Assembly (NCBI GenBank): GCA_035084275.1
Contig: CM068743.1
Span: 40,734,001 to 40,798,000, forward strand
Length of the DNA stretch: 64,000 bases
Reading direction: 5' to 3'
From: Hydrolagus colliei
Taxonomy: Eukaryota
Position 1 is the first letter of the stretch. Every line of letters starts with the position of its first letter. This document shows positions 12,313-26,101 of the stretch, one piece after another. The position numbers were made by a program, and so were the translations under genes. The notes beneath the pieces are model-generated. The model had not been told where the DNA came from and searched no databases. It was given only the letters and a program-made list of their open reading frames with translations.

Positions 12313-12579
12313 CCTTGCCTGTTCTCTTCAAACAAGAGCTTCAGAACCAAGAAGCAGAAGAAGGGGATTCAGCGACGCTGCTCTGCCAGTTGACCAAAGC
12401 TGATGTTCCAGTGGAGTGGAGACAGGGTTCTGTGGTCCTCGAAGCTGGGGACAAATACGAAATGAAACAGATAGGTTCCCACGTCGAGTTGTTGATCCGC
12501 TGTTTGAGAGTTGAAGACACCGGAGATTACACTTGTTGTACGAGAGATCACCAGACCTCTGCCTTTCTCCGAGTGAATG
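12313..12579 (+). CDS. OBSCN: Exon 10, Ig type A
   Basis: 267 bp, AG/GT; LPVLFKQELQNQEAEEG. Confidence 0.92.
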
Positions 12580-13120
12580 GTAGGAAGCAAATACTTTACA
12601 AGTTCATCATTTCATCTGCACTGGTCATGTTATATTTGCCGTGGTCTTCATTCAGCAGCAAGTTGGAGCAGTTGCCTATATGGCTACATATGTGTCTTGC
12701 CTTCCTATTGAAGAGGATGTTGTGTGAGTTTTATATTTGTTGTGGGGATGTTTTAATCTGCTTCATTCTTATAAAAAGCGTTAATTTTAGAAATGATCTA
12801 GAAATACTGTATATTTGCAGAGGTTTTCTATACTGTACCTTTGCAGAGGTTTTTGTGCCTATTAACTTTTTTGCAATCCTTTTCTCCAGAAGGACAATTG
12901 GTTGAATGGTCTTTAGGGACTTAAGAACCGTGTACTAATCACTAACCTGTTCTGCTCTCAGTCACATATCATCCTATTCCCCTGATTATTTTCTCCTTTA
13001 ATCCCACTGTACTCTCAAATATTTTTTGCATAATTTAAACTCAAATACAATCCACCATCCCTCAACTTCCTAAATTTAGCTTCTCGGTAATCACACTGGT
13101 TATCAATATGATTCCACATC

Positions 13121-13510
13121 AACAACAACAACTTTGATTTATATAGCGCCCTCCACGCTGGATGGCATCTCAGAGCGCTTTACAATAGCGGATCCCGGGA
13201 CCGAGCCAGGGGCAGGGGTAGAAAGGTGACCAAAAGCGCGGTTGAAGAGAAAGGTCTTCAGCTGTGACCAGAAACTGGGAAGAGAGGGGGCAAGGCGAAG
13301 GGAGTGAGGAAGGGAGTTCCAGAGCCTCGGGGCGCAGTGGCTGAAGGCACGACCGCCGAGAGTGGAGCGGAAGGATTCAGGAGACATGGAGGAGGCCAGA
13401 CCCAGAGAAGCGAAGGCAGCGGGTGCTGGGTTGGGGGGAGAGGAGATCAGAGAGATAGGGGGGTGCAGAGGAGTGGAGGGATTTGAAAACAAGGATCTTG
13501 AAGTAGATCC
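13121..13510 (-). mobile_element. L2-clade LINE 3' fragment
   Basis: GGRAFSHCAPRLWNSLP; hairpin then (TTG)n tail. Confidence 0.85.
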
Positions 13511-13914
13511 TCTCTGGGATAGGGAGCCAGTTTCATGTTTCAGCGTTTTAAAACCCTGATTTCTTCAAGCCTTCATTTCATTTCTCTTCTTGTGGTTGAG
13601 GTCCTCAGCTAAGAACATGCTGAGATCCTAACACAAGATAATTTTTGGAAACCTATCAACTGAAAGCATGCCTTAGATTTGTTAACAATTCCAGTGACCC
13701 AGAGCACTGTACTAAAAGCTGGAGTTGTGATGTTGCCAGAATACATAAACAATAATCCTTGCATTCGACACGTCGGGAGAATGCTTCAAAATGTGAGAGC
13801 CTCGTGAGATTGAGTGTGTTTATTGGTTATTTTCTTCCCCTCAGTTCTTCCCACCCTCAGCTTGGCTCTGTGAACCACTTTGAGGCATCCTCCCAACATG
13901 AAAAGCACTATATA

Positions 13915-14809
13915 CAGTAGAAGCCCATTTAAGCCCACCCTCGGGACCTGGCCAGTGCCGGTTAAAGCGCCTGCCGGATATTCGGCAGAAAACCCAACAC
14001 AAAAAAAAATCACATTTTTAAAAACATAGTATATTAATAATAGACTAAATAATAATTTATATGATAATATAATATATAAATAATAACAATAATCCTTTTA
14101 CACACAGCGACCAGGCAGTTCAGAGAGATCTTTAAACTAGTGCAAAAGTTACACGTCTGAATGATACTGTTCTCATTGGGGGCAGAAGAGAGGAAAGCAA
14201 ACGTGTTATTGAGAAAGCAGCCCCGCTGTCACTGTTCAGTTAACTTTCTTTCCAAATGATCCAAGGATCGGCATTGAAAGCAAACGTTTCATTTCACTTT
14301 TAAAGTTAGATTTGTTTTTAACATCAAACTGGGGTAAGGGGAGAAGCGCTGAGTGTGTTTCTGATATGCACTGCAGCTTCCCAAGCTTAAAGGTAAAATA
14401 AACCAGACTTGAGAGGTGTTGCAGGGGTTTATGTTTTTTATTAACTTATTGAATTTATTAAAATAAAAGCTAAGGCTGTGATATGCATTATCTGCAAGCT
14501 TTGCTTGTGTGTGTGTGTGTTTTGCTGCTTTGTTGTTAAATTAATGAACTCACCCTCACTCTCCCTCTCAAACCTGGAGAGTGTATCTCTGTACCTCTGT
14601 ACACTCTGCGGAATGCTGTACCGGCATCATTCTGAGCTAGCACCACCACCAGGCACCTAGTAGCAGCATTCCAAAATACTGATACAAAACACCACAAAAA
14701 TGCATTTTTCTGGATAAATTCTGGTTTATCGAATGCGGACCTTTTTTTTGCGGTGCCGGTTATACAGAAGTTACGGTTGATTGGGTTACGGAAAAACGGT
14801 CTTCTACTG
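13915..14809. mobile_element. Tigger/pogo-like non-autonomous element
   Basis: TA-CAGTAGAAG...CTTCTACTG-TA: 9-bp perfect TIR with TA flanks. Confidence 0.55.
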
Positions 14810-15232
14810 TAATACTAATTATAATAATAAGAATAATCCTTGCATTTGATGGAGCGCTTTTCACATCTTCTAGACGTCTCAATATTTGTGTAATTATCAT
14901 TTATATTTGTATAATCCCTCCAAAAAACCACAATAATAAAAAATTGTCATCTCAATCCACGACTGTGAGGACGCTGCTGTGTGCAATTGGCTGCCACGTT
15001 TCACCCACAAATATACAGTCAATTCACTTCACAGTATATTCAGTGAAGCGCTTTGAGATATTGATAAGATGTGAAAAGCGCTATATCAAATGCAAGGATT
15101 ATTCTTCTTAGTATTATAAATGTAGAGTTACTATATTTTGTAGGTAAACATCAGCCTAACGAAGCAAGATAGTGTTGTAGGTTTAACAGAGGGAAGAATG
15201 ATTGATGGTTTTCTTCGGTTAATATTTCTCAG

Positions 15233-15499
15233 CTTTACCAGTGCTTTTCAAACACGAGCTTCAGCCTGAGGAAGCGAGGGAGGGTAGCACAGCCACACTG
15301 CGCTGCCAGCTCACTAAAGCCAATGCCACAGTGGAGTGGAGAAAGGGGTCAGTGGTGCTCCTACCCTGCCGTAAATATCAAATGAAGCAAGAGGGTCCGA
15401 TTGTGGAGTTGTTCATCACTGACCTGGAGCCCGAAGATGCCGGGGAATATACATGTGATTCTGGGGATAAACAAACCACTGCTTCTCTTACAGTCAATG
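15233..15499 (+). CDS. OBSCN: Exon 11, Ig type A
   Basis: 267 bp, AG/GT. Confidence 0.92.
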
Positions 15500-15639
15500 G
15501 TAAGAAACAACAATAAGAACAACAAAATCACATTTGTACGGTGCCTTTCACGTCGGGAGGATGTCCCAAGGTGTTGGACAATCAATGTTTCAGAAAGAAG
15601 GTATTTTGCATTGGAAATTGAGGTACAGCGAAGACGTGA

Positions 15640-15915
15640 TAAGAACATAAGGATTTGTTGGCCAGAGAAGACCAGGGTCTATCTAGTTTGCTTTCCACCA
15701 ATTGTGGCAGTCGCTCGACATGCTGTGTCCCAAATTATATACTGTATCCCCAAATATTATTTTTGAACAGAAATCTATCTAATTTCTTCTTGAAACGGGT
15801 GTCTGACACTCTTTATTTCCACCCTCTGTCTCCCCAGGGAGCCTGCTCCATAAGTTTACTACTTGCTCACCAAAGTAGTGTTTCTGCAGATTTGTTCTGA
15901 ATTTATCACCCACAC
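15640..15915 (-). mobile_element. CR1 3' UTR fragment (third subfamily)
   Basis: Begins TAAGAACATAAG; homologous to 51935-52087 plus 53593-53715. Confidence 0.65.
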
Positions 15916-16154
15916 CCCCAACACTCCCTTCGATGATAGCGGTCTTTAATATGATAAGGGGTTTCCATAGAGTAGAGATATTCTGTCTGTGTTTTCTGGT
16001 AGAGGGAGTGGGCAGTTTGTTAGGGCTTCAGGACGTTACAGAGGTTCGTCAGAGCAAGAGAGCTTCAAGGGCGAGAACAAAGATCACGACCGTTTCTTGA
16101 AACTTCTTAAGTTGTTCCTACATGTGCAATAAATTGTTTTTGTAAATTATCCAG

Positions 16155-16421
16155 CTTTGCCTGTGTTCTTCAAACAAGAGCTGCATAGTGAAGAAGCTGA
16201 AGAAGGTGACACTGTCACTTTTCATTGTGAACTGACTAAACCTGGTGCCCCAGTACACTGGAGAAAGGGGGCTGTCGTTCTTAAGCCCAGTCACAAGTAT
16301 GAAATCAAACAAGTTGATGTTTTTGTTGAGTTATCAATCCATCATTTGAAAACAGAAGATTCTGGAGAATATGTATGTGATTCTGGGGATCAACAGACCA
16401 CGGCTTACTTGAAAGTTAATG
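16155..16421 (+). CDS. OBSCN: Exon 12, Ig type A
   Basis: 267 bp, AG/GT. Confidence 0.92.
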
Positions 16422-17545
16422 GTAGGAACAGTTAATGGTGAAAAATTAAACACAAATTAATATGTTTTCACTGAGTGTGGTTCAGTAGATGTACTAAAGA
16501 GTTTGGTTCAGCAGTGGTTTGGATATTTTCACTTCATAACCATGAGATGTTTTAACTGTGTATTGCACTAACTTCCCCCCCGCTTGACTTGTTGGTTTTT
16601 CCTGTTGTGTAGCAGAATTCAACAACTATTAACCGTTGCAACACCAACAAAAAAATTATATTTGCAAAGTGCCTTTCACTTCGGGAGAACGTCCCAAGGC
16701 GCTGAAGTCAGGGATTACTACCTGAGTGAGCCGAATGGCCTTTTTCTGTGCTGTTGATTTCAGTGTTTGAGTTGAGCTTAGAATGTAATTCATTAAAATA
16801 GACTCCCAAGAAACTACTTATAATTAAAATCTTAATAGTTGATGTTTTTTCTTGTCCACACCAGTCTATCCACCGAAGTACAATATTCTCTGTCTAATCA
16901 TACCATTTTTTTGTTGCATTGATGCTTCTCTATCATAATCCTTTCTCTAACCATTAATTAATTTTGTGAAACAAAGACCAAAGTTGGTGCTTTTTAAAAA
17001 TTATTGCTGTTGTATACAGTACAGTATCTCTTGAGTGGACAAAAATCTGTTTGTTTCTTACGTGTTGAATGACACATGCGGTGTCTCAAACCATTCCATT
17101 CTAACAATCTGTTGCTTGGATTTCCAGGTGTAGGGAAAAAATGATAAACATTTAATAATAATAATCCTTGCAGTTGATATAATGTGTTATCATGTCATTG
17201 AGATGTCTCAAAGCGCTTCACAGAATATTCTGTCTGTTAATTTAATTTACATACGTTACCACTTAATGAGTATCTTTAATTTACCTTTAATATTGCTGAG
17301 AGATCAGTTACTTGAGAATGGGCAGCATCTATGGAGAATGGAAAGTGAGTTAACGTTTCAAAAGGACATTGACCTGAAAGGTTAATTCACATTCCTCTCT
17401 CCGTAGATGCTGCCTGAGCTGTTCCCAGCCACTACTGTTTCTAATTTCCAATTTCCATCATCTGCAGTATTTTGCCTTTTAATTACTTGAATTGCAATCA
17501 TAAATCTCAAGTTGTTCCCTTTTGTCATCTTTCCCATATTGCCAG

Positions 17546-17818
17546 AGCCAGACATTACTATAGTGGAGGGATTGAAGAATGTTAAAGTGTTTGAAGATGA
17601 AGATGCCTTGTTTAAATGCCAAGTTTCTCACGAAAATGCACGTGATGTGCAATGGAAACTTGGATACGCCACACTTCAGAACAGCTCGCTTAATGAGATC
17701 TCTGTGGAACGTGGAAAGATTCATTTGCTGCATGTTCGGAAAGTCGCAGAAGAAGATTCTGGGACCGTGACCTTCCGAGTTGGACCTTATGTTTCGTCAG
17801 CGGAGTTGACTGTGAAAG
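17546..17818 (+). CDS. OBSCN: Exon 13, Ig type B
   Basis: 273 bp, AG/GT; EPDITIVEGLKNV...DSGTVTF. Confidence 0.92.
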
Positions 17819-17923
17819 GTAACCAACGTCCAACACCAAAGGAAGAGGCAAAGGACAGAATGTTCTCCTGGTGACTGAGAACAGTGAAGAATTTTGCCCA
17901 AATTTCGGCAGATTGATGTGAAG

Positions 17924-18250
17924 AATAATAATAACGATAATAATTCTTGCGTTTGATATAGCGCTTTTCATGTCTTTTAGATGTCCCAAAGCGTTTCACA
18001 GAATATACTGTAAAATGAATTGATATATTTGTGGGCGAAATGCAGCAGCCAATTGTGCACAGCAGCAATTGTCCCCACTGTTTGTCCCCACAAATAGTCG
18101 TGGGTTGATATGACCAATATATTGTTTTTTTGAGGAATTATTATTAGGCATGTGGAGGAAGCAAACTTTCCTACGGTTTCACCCTGTCTGGATTAAAACA
18201 CAGGTCTCACGCTTGTAAGGCGAGTGTTCTAACCACTGAGCTACAGGAGC
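17924..18250 (-). mobile_element. tRNA-headed SINE, full length
   Basis: A/B-box-like head, shared body, hairpin and (ATT)n tail. Confidence 0.85.
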
Positions 18251-18622
18251 TCCACTGTAATGATTTGGATTTATTTGGATATAGAATAGAGTTTTCAACA
18301 CATTTCTGTGCAATGTTTTCCTTGTAATCCTTGCATTTGATAGAGTACCTTATCGGGTGGTTCTGCTGTCTCAAAAGTGCTTCACAGAGAATGCAGTGAA
18401 GTGAACTAACTATGTAATTGGTGGGCGGAACGCGGCAGCCAATTGCACACAGCAGCATCCCACAAACAGTCGTGGTTTGAGTGACCAAATGATAACCAAA
18501 TTATAAGGGATTATAATTGATTTTTGTTATGTATAGGGTGAAGCTGTTTATCATGGCTGCACTGTATAATTATTTTTTAAAAAGCAGAGAATTTTTAACC
18601 ATTTTATATTGCTCCATTGCAG

Positions 18623-18889
18623 CTACTCCAGTCTACTTCAAACAAGAACTTCAGCACACAGAGGCTGAGGAGAATGGAACAGCAACTCTCCAGTGTGAGC
18701 TCTCTAAACCCAGTGGAGCAGTGACATGGAGCAAAGGGTCACTAGCAATTGCTTCAGATAAGAAGCACAAGGTGAAGCAGGAAGGTCCTCTCCACACGCT
18801 ACTGATTCACAACCTGGAACCAATGGACTCAGGAGATTACACCTGTGCTTCTGAGGGTCAACAGACAACAGCTTCTGTAACCGTCAAAG
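18623..18889 (+). CDS. OBSCN: Exon 14, Ig type A
   Basis: 267 bp, AG/GT. Confidence 0.92.
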
Positions 18890-19548
18890 GTAAGGAGTTC
18901 ATGGAATAAAAACCAGGGATTCATGGAATAAACCATGGAATAAATACATTTTTATTCATAAAAATAATAATTCTTGCACTTGATATAGCGCTTTTTACGT
19001 CTTCTAGATGTCTCAAAGCGCTTCACAGAATATAGTGTCAAGTGAATTGACCGACCATATTTGTGGGCGAAATGCGGCAGCCAAATTGCTCACAACAGTG
19101 TCCCACAAACAGTCAAGGAAGTGGGATTAGGGGAAAAGGTGGGGGAAAGATGGCAAGGGGAGGGGTCAGGTAGGGGGAAGGAGAGCAGGAAAGCTGACTG
19201 TTTACTTGTGGGAGAAAGTGTTTTGTTTCTCCACAAACAGTGGTGGGCTGAGATGACCAATTTATTATTTGTCTTTCGACTGAACAAAAAGATTTTCTTA
19301 ACTGAAAACAACTAACTGGAGTGCTCAGGGGGTCAGAATGCATCTATATAGAGAGGAAATTGGGTTAACGTTAACTCACTTTCCTCTCTCTCTCTATAAA
19401 CTGCTGCCTAACCTGCTGAGTGTTCCCAGCAACTTCTGTTTATATTGCAGATTTCTAGCATTTGTAGTATTTTGCTTTGTATAAACATGCTTCTGGTTAA
19501 GGGCAAAACATTTGACGATATTTAATTAAATTTTATTTTTGTCCTCAG

Positions 19549-19815
19549 CCCTGCCTGTACTTTTCTTGAAATGGCTTCAGAATGAGCAAGCAGAGCATGG
19601 TGGCACAGGCAAACTGCGCTGTGAGCTGACTAAACCTGGCGCTAAGGTGGAATGGAGGAAGGGCAGTCTGGTAGTTCATGCTGGTGACAAGTATGAAATA
19701 CTTCAGAAAGGAGCGGTTGTCGAGCTACTTATCCACAATTTGACACCAGAAGACACAGGAGAATACACATGTGATTCTGGGGACCAGCAAACTACTGCCT
19801 GCGTAACGATCACAC
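19549..19815 (+). CDS. OBSCN: Exon 15, Ig type A
   Basis: 267 bp, AG/GT. Confidence 0.92.
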
Positions 19816-20289
19816 GTAAGAAACAAAATCACCCCTGCTTTAACACTTCCTGACATGAAAAGACAAGTAGGATTCTTTTTATCAACAGCCAGTCTTGGCT
19901 TCAATTGAGAAAGATTAAATCGCAACTTGAAGCCCTCCCGGATAACTCATGGCGTTAACCTCAAGACCAATCAATCTCTTAAAATTTAACATCAGAGTCC
20001 TGTAGTGTAGTGTTTACTCCACTCGCTGTGCAAGCGAGAGGACCCAGGTTCGATTCCTGGGCAGGGCGGAACCTTAGGCATGTTTCCTTACACCACACTT
20101 ACACACATACACATACGCCTCTGTTTACCTAGCAGTAAGTAGGAGCCCGGTTGTTAGTCGATTGGGGGAATTGCTTTATGGGGGTAATAATCCCCTCAAT
20201 CAAAAATCTGGTCAGAGCGTTGGGGCATTCACAGGTGGATTGATTTGCAGGCGTTTGAGTTGTCCTGAATGTGTGGTTTGTATTGACAG

Positions 20290-20562
20290 AGCCAGATGTA
20301 AGAATTGTTGAGAGTTTGAAGGACGTGGAGGTATTTGTGGGCGGGGACGCTGTGTTTGAATGCAGAGTCTCCCAGGAGAGGGCGGGTGATGTGCGGTGGA
20401 GCCTGGGAGGCATCGAGTTGCAGAATAACGAAATGAACACGATTTCAGTGAAGAAAGGCAACGTTCACAGCTTGATGCTGAGAAAAGTCACACGGGATGA
20501 TTCCGGTGCCGTCATCTTTACGGTTGGGAAAGACACATCTACGGCTGAATTGAAAGTCAAAG
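20290..20562 (+). CDS. OBSCN: Exon 16, Ig type B
   Basis: 273 bp, AG/GT; EPDVRIVESLKDV. Confidence 0.92.
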
Positions 20563-21187
20563 GTAAAAAAGATTTCAACTCTTGGTGTACATCTCCCAAG
20601 TCTGACCCTACTTCAGTGGTCGGCTCAAGCCCCATGTTGTCTACTCCAATGCAGGGCTGGTGGTGTCCATTGTTTGAATTGCTCCCCTTTTTTTGGTGAG
20701 ATGTTAAACCGAGGCATTGTTGTGTAGGTGTAAGTGTAACCCTAACCTTATCTAAACCTTCACCACTCAGATCAAAGACTTAACTGAAGCGTAGAACCTC
20801 ATCAATGCTGCATGCCCCCAGCTCCACATTGGAGCATCAGCCGAGATTAACTAACTTGTGACGTGAGGCTTGAATCCACAAGCTTGTTTCCCAGAGGCTA
20901 GACTGCTAACCATTGAGCTCGCCTGATGACACACACTCTAGTTTATACTGCGGTATGAATTTATAATGGCAATAATTCTTGCCTTTGACACAGCGCCTTA
21001 TCGCGTCATTGAGATGTCTCAAAGCACTTCACAATGAATTGTAAAGTGAATTGACTGTTTCTTTTGTGGGTGGAACGGCATTTCATGAAGGATGCACTAT
21101 ACAAATGTACTTTTGTTGTTGTTGTTGCTTCTCTCAGTATCAGATTTGCCAAATGCCAAGATTGTTATTATCACTTTGGTTTTTCAG

Positions 21188-21454
21188 CCACTCCTGCAAG
21201 TTTCACACTACAACTGGAAACCACAGAGGCAGGGGAGACCGGAACCACAAGTCTACACTGTGAGCTCTCACAACCTGAGGCTTCTGTCACTTGGAAGAAA
21301 GGATCAGTTACAATCCAGCCAAGTGGGAGGCATGAAATTAAACGTGAAGGAGCCACACAAACGTTAGTGATTCGTGACTTGAAACTGGAGGATTCAGGAG
21401 AGTATTCCTGTAGCTCTGGGGATCAACACACTGCAGCTTCCTTAACTGTGAAAC
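21188..21454 (+). CDS. OBSCN: Exon 17, Ig type A
   Basis: 267 bp, AG/GT. Confidence 0.92.
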
Positions 21455-22139
21455 GTGAGTTCAAAGCCAAATGAGAATCTCCCTTTAGGTTTGTGTTTTA
21501 GTGATTTGGGATTTTAAAATTCAACCTGAACAGGCAGGTAGGACCTTGGATTAAAGTCTAATCCGAAGGACAGAACAACAACAAGCAACAAGTGTGTGAG
21601 TGTGTACAGTGCCTTTCACATTGGGAGGATGTCCCAAGGTTCTGGCCAGTCAGTGTTTCAGACCTGAGCTGGGGTTGGGATCGGGGAGGGTGGAGGCAAG
21701 GGAGGTGAAGTGGGTGACCGATGGCACGGTCGAAGAGAGGGTCTTGAGGTGGGACGTGATGGAGACCAGGGAGGGGGCAAGGCGGAGGAATTACGAGATG
21801 GAATTTGCCAAATTGATGACTTCACCTGTCGGTGTTGGAGTTGGGGAAATAGAAATAATCAAACTCAACGGTAACACTAATAAGTAATAAAAATAATCTT
21901 TGCATTTGATGCAGCGCCTTATCATGTCTTCGAGTAGTTTCTAAGTGCTTCACAGAATATACTGTAAAAGTGATTTGACTGTAATTTGTGGCTGAGACTT
22001 GTATGATTTGAAATTGCTCTTTGCGATTCTTGAATATAATTGGGTCAAATTTAGGTGACTACATACATGCACACACACACATACATATATAAGCAGACCA
22101 CTTTCAACTGTTTTGATATTTTCTAACTAACTTTTGCAG

Positions 22140-22345
22140 ATACCAAAACAGAAATGACTGGGAACACTCAGCAGGTCAGGCAGCATCTATGGAGAAAGGA
22201 ATAGTGAGTCAATGTTTTGGATCCATGATGCTTTGTCAGAACTCTGAGGTGTTTCCTCTCTCCAGATGCTGCCTGACCTGCTGAGTGTTCCCAGCCATTT
22301 CTGTTTTGGTTTCAGATTTCCAGCATTTGCAGTATTTTGCATTAT
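22140..22345. mobile_element. Fold-back Penelope-derived element (relatives at about 17300-17480, 19310-19490, 42775-42970)
   Basis: About 40-bp inverted repeat CAGAAATGRCTGGGAACACTCAGCAGGTCAGGCAGCATCT, matching the tail of the 9459-9942 element. Confidence 0.7.
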
Positions 22346-22390
22346 TGTTTAGCTTTTGCAGATGATTAATATCTTTGCTTTACTGTGCAG

Positions 22391-22663
22391 CATTGGAACT
22401 GAACATCATCAAGGGGCTGCAGAACGTGACAATATATGAAAATGAAGATGCTTTGTTTAAGTGCGAGGTCCATCCGGAAAATGTGGGGGATGTACAGTGG
22501 TGGTTGGCGGGCGTTCCCTTACAGCACAACGAAATGAACAAATTGGGGCTGGAACATGGAAAGATTCACACCCTGAGGTTACGGAAGGTCACACTGGAAG
22601 ACTCTGGCACGGTTACCATTAAAGTTGGGAGTCTCGCTTCCTCCGCAGAGCTGCTTGTCAAAG
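22391..22663 (+). CDS. OBSCN: Exon 18, Ig type B
   Basis: 273 bp, AG/GT. Confidence 0.92.
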
Positions 22664-23124
22664 GTAAGTAAGAAAAAATCGACGTATTTTTCATTGATGA
22701 CCATTTTATGCAGTGATTCAGTTCCTCGTTTAGTAATAATAATGGTAATATTGATAGCCGCAACTGTTTGTGGGACGCTGCTATGCAAAATCACCTGCCG
22801 TTTTTTCGCCCCTAATATACAATGAGTTTACTTTTTTTTTCAGTATATTCTGTGAAGGGCTTTGAGACGTCTTGAAGACGTGATAAGGCGCTTTATCAAA
22901 TGCAAAGATTATCATTAACTGTACTTGAGTTATAGGAACAGGAGTGGGTCATTCAAGCCCCAGTTCTGCCATACTATTAGCTCATGGCCTCCATTGGAAT
23001 TAGATGGACTAATTTGACACAGGATCAAAGCAGTCGTATAAAAGCAGTATTAGATTCTTCTCAGCATTAGTGTTTGACTTTAACCAGCAGGAGCTATTAA
23101 CTAATTTTCCATCCACATTTCCAG

Positions 23125-23403
23125 AACCTCCAAAAATTATCCGCGGTCTGGAGGACACCAAAGTGCTGGAGCAAAGCAGCGTGAGCTTCCAGTGCGAGCT
23201 TTCTCAGGAGGGTGTTCCAAACGCACAGTGGTGGTTGGATGGGACACCTCTTCAGAAGAATGATCTGAATGAAGTTTCTGTCTGTGGTCAGGTGCACACC
23301 CTGATTCTGAGAAACCTGACGCCCAAGGATTCAGGAACCGTGCTCTTCAAAGTTGGCTCGAAAAGTTCCTCGGCAAAGTTGACGGTGGAAGAAATACCCA
23401 AAG
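23125..23403 (+). CDS. OBSCN: Exon 19, Ig type B (279 bp)
   Basis: AG/GT, phase 1-1; EPPKIIRGLEDT...TVEEIPK. Confidence 0.88.
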
Positions 23404-25027
23404 GTACCTCAATGATTAGTTTGTACTTTGTAGATTGTCACAAGAGCTGGAATGCTAAATCCATTGTAAAACAACTAGAGCATGTCTTGCTTGTGACGAG
23501 ACCCATTTGACAAAGGTCTCCATTCTCTAGAATGGTTAACAAAACTTTCATTAATTGTTGAATGCATTTCCTTGTCAAACTGAGGAGAAATTCCGATAAT
23601 AATGATGGTGATTGGCCTGGCATTTGATATAGCCCCCTCACCAACATTGTTGAAACATCTCAAAGCAATTCACAGAATATATTATAAAGCAGGTTATTGA
23701 CTGTGGGGAAAAATTATTAGAACATTTTATGTAAATGCTCTCTCCCTCAATAATCTTGGTTGAGTAATTTCAAGATTATCAAAAGTAGTGTATTGCTGTA
23801 TTGTACTGTATTGTACTATTGTTCAGAAGTCTTATTCACATGCATTAAATAATAATTATCCTTGCATTTGATACAGGGTATATACTGTACTTACAATGCA
23901 GACCTTGTCTTGGTCAGGCATGTATACCCTGTTAAAGGGTTTGGATTACTTCAGATGCATCCACTAAAATGTTTTGAGTTCTTTTGATACTTATGATATA
24001 TTTATACCCAATTATAATAATAATCCTTGCACTTAATATAGCGCCTTGAAACATCTTTGAGACATCTCCAAGCGATTCCCAGGATATACTGTAAAGTGAA
24101 TTAATTGTATATTTTGTGGGAGAATCGCAGCAGCCAGTTGCACACAGCAGCGTCCCCACAAACAGTCAAGGATTGAATTCTTATTGAGTTGCATGGAGCA
24201 AAATGTAAAATGTAGTGACGGAGTATTTTGTAGATGAATGATTGAAAAGATTAATACAAGAAGCATAAAAGCATGAAAGGATTAAAAATGGTTCACATAA
24301 ACATTACCACTGGTTGAGGAGTTCAAAACCAGGGGACACAAATATTAGATTGAAATTTAAACAAGAATTAGGTAAACATTTGAAAAATAATAATAATAAT
24401 ACTTACATTTGATATAGCGCCTTATCACATCTTTGAGACATCTCAAAGTCCTTCACAGAATATACTCTCAGGTGAATTGACTTTATCCCATAAACAGTTG
24501 TGGATTGAGTGACCAATTTTTTTTTTGCAGATTATAAAACGATATGAACAAAGGGTAGGAAATTAGGAATGGAGTATACAGTAGATTGTTCCAGTATGTT
24601 GGGTTGAGTGAGTTCCTTTTGTGCTAAAATCTTTGTAGATTCTATCTAGTTATAGCTTTGCCTTGGCTTTTTGCACATTATTTACTGCTTGAGAAATGAA
24701 TGCAAAATAGTAACAATCCTTGTATTTGAAATAGCACCTTATCATGTCTTCGAGATGTTTCAAAGCGCTTCATAGAATATACTGTAAAGTAAGGAAACTT
24801 GCCCAATGTTTCAGCAAGCCTAGCCCGGGAATCCAGTTTAGCGATCTAACCCCTAAGCTACAGGACTTCACCAAATATAATAAATGTTTCAGTTCCCTGT
24901 GACAGACAGCAACAACAAAATTACATTTGTAGAGGGCCTTTCACAACGGGAGGACAGAGAACTTAGTGTCAGTCAAATAGCAGGAATATTGGTTCCATAT
25001 ATTAAGTTTCATCTGCATGTGCTGCAG

Positions 25028-25294
25028 CCTCACCTGTCCATTTCCAACGAGAGCTTGAGAATGTGGAAGCTGAGGAGGGTGACACGGGGATACTGTGCTG
25101 TGAGCTGTCTGAAGCTGACGCTCCTGTGGAATGGAGGAAGAGACTCGCAGTTCTTCAAGCGGGCGACAAGTACGAGATGCAGCAGAAAGGCACCATTGTT
25201 GAGTTGTGCATCCATAATCTGAGACTGGAGGATGCCGGAAAATATACCTGCTGTTCTGGGACTCAACAGACTACAGCTGCTTTAACTGTTAAAG
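25028..25294 (+). CDS. OBSCN: Exon 20, Ig type A
   Basis: 267 bp, AG/GT; SPVHFQRELENVEAEEG. Confidence 0.9.
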
Positions 25295-26101
25295 GTGATA
25301 CTGCAGTGACTTCACTTCAGACTGGATCCTCATTGTCACGTTTATTTAGATATGGAAAGGTACCTGGGTAGTTACAGAGTGAATGTCAGAGACAAAGCAC
25401 ACTGATTGTCCATTGTATATCCAATACACATCACAGGCTGATGGTTATAGAAGATTGCTGCTAGCTTTCGTTAATTTATTTTTGGGAGATCAGCTGGGTG
25501 TCTGACACTTGCTGAAACCCATCACTTGCTTAAGAGTCTCCAAAACAAACTGAAATTGTTCCATATATCCCATCTACACATGGAAATCCAAGGGATAGAT
25601 TGATAGAATGGACTGCGCTCTCTCTCTCTCTTTTTCTCCCTGGTGGGACACAAACTGCTTACCTAATTCTAGAAAGTATTAGGCGTAGGTTGGCAAGAGC
25701 CAAGGCTTGGGGGGAGACTAGAGTGTGTATACTATATAGATTTGCTTGTATCATAGAAGAATAGGAGTGTACTTCCTGAGTAGAACACTTACAAGTGTCA
25801 GTATATGTCAAAGTGCTTCACAGAATATATTGTAAAGTAGATTGTCTGTGTATTTTGTGGTTGCAACTTATCTATTACTGGTGAGTGAAGTCACAAGCTG
25901 GGAGGATTGTTTTACATTAATTATTCAACATAATTTGGCCTTAATTTATTTACTGTAAAACCACTTAGAGGTATTTTATTTACTTAATTTAACTCTTAAT
26001 TTAACATAATTTGAAGGAAGAAATAAAAACCGGTGGTATTTTATTTCTCCACACAAATTCAACCCCCATCGAGTTTACTTTTTTTTTGCTTCACTTTACA
26101 G

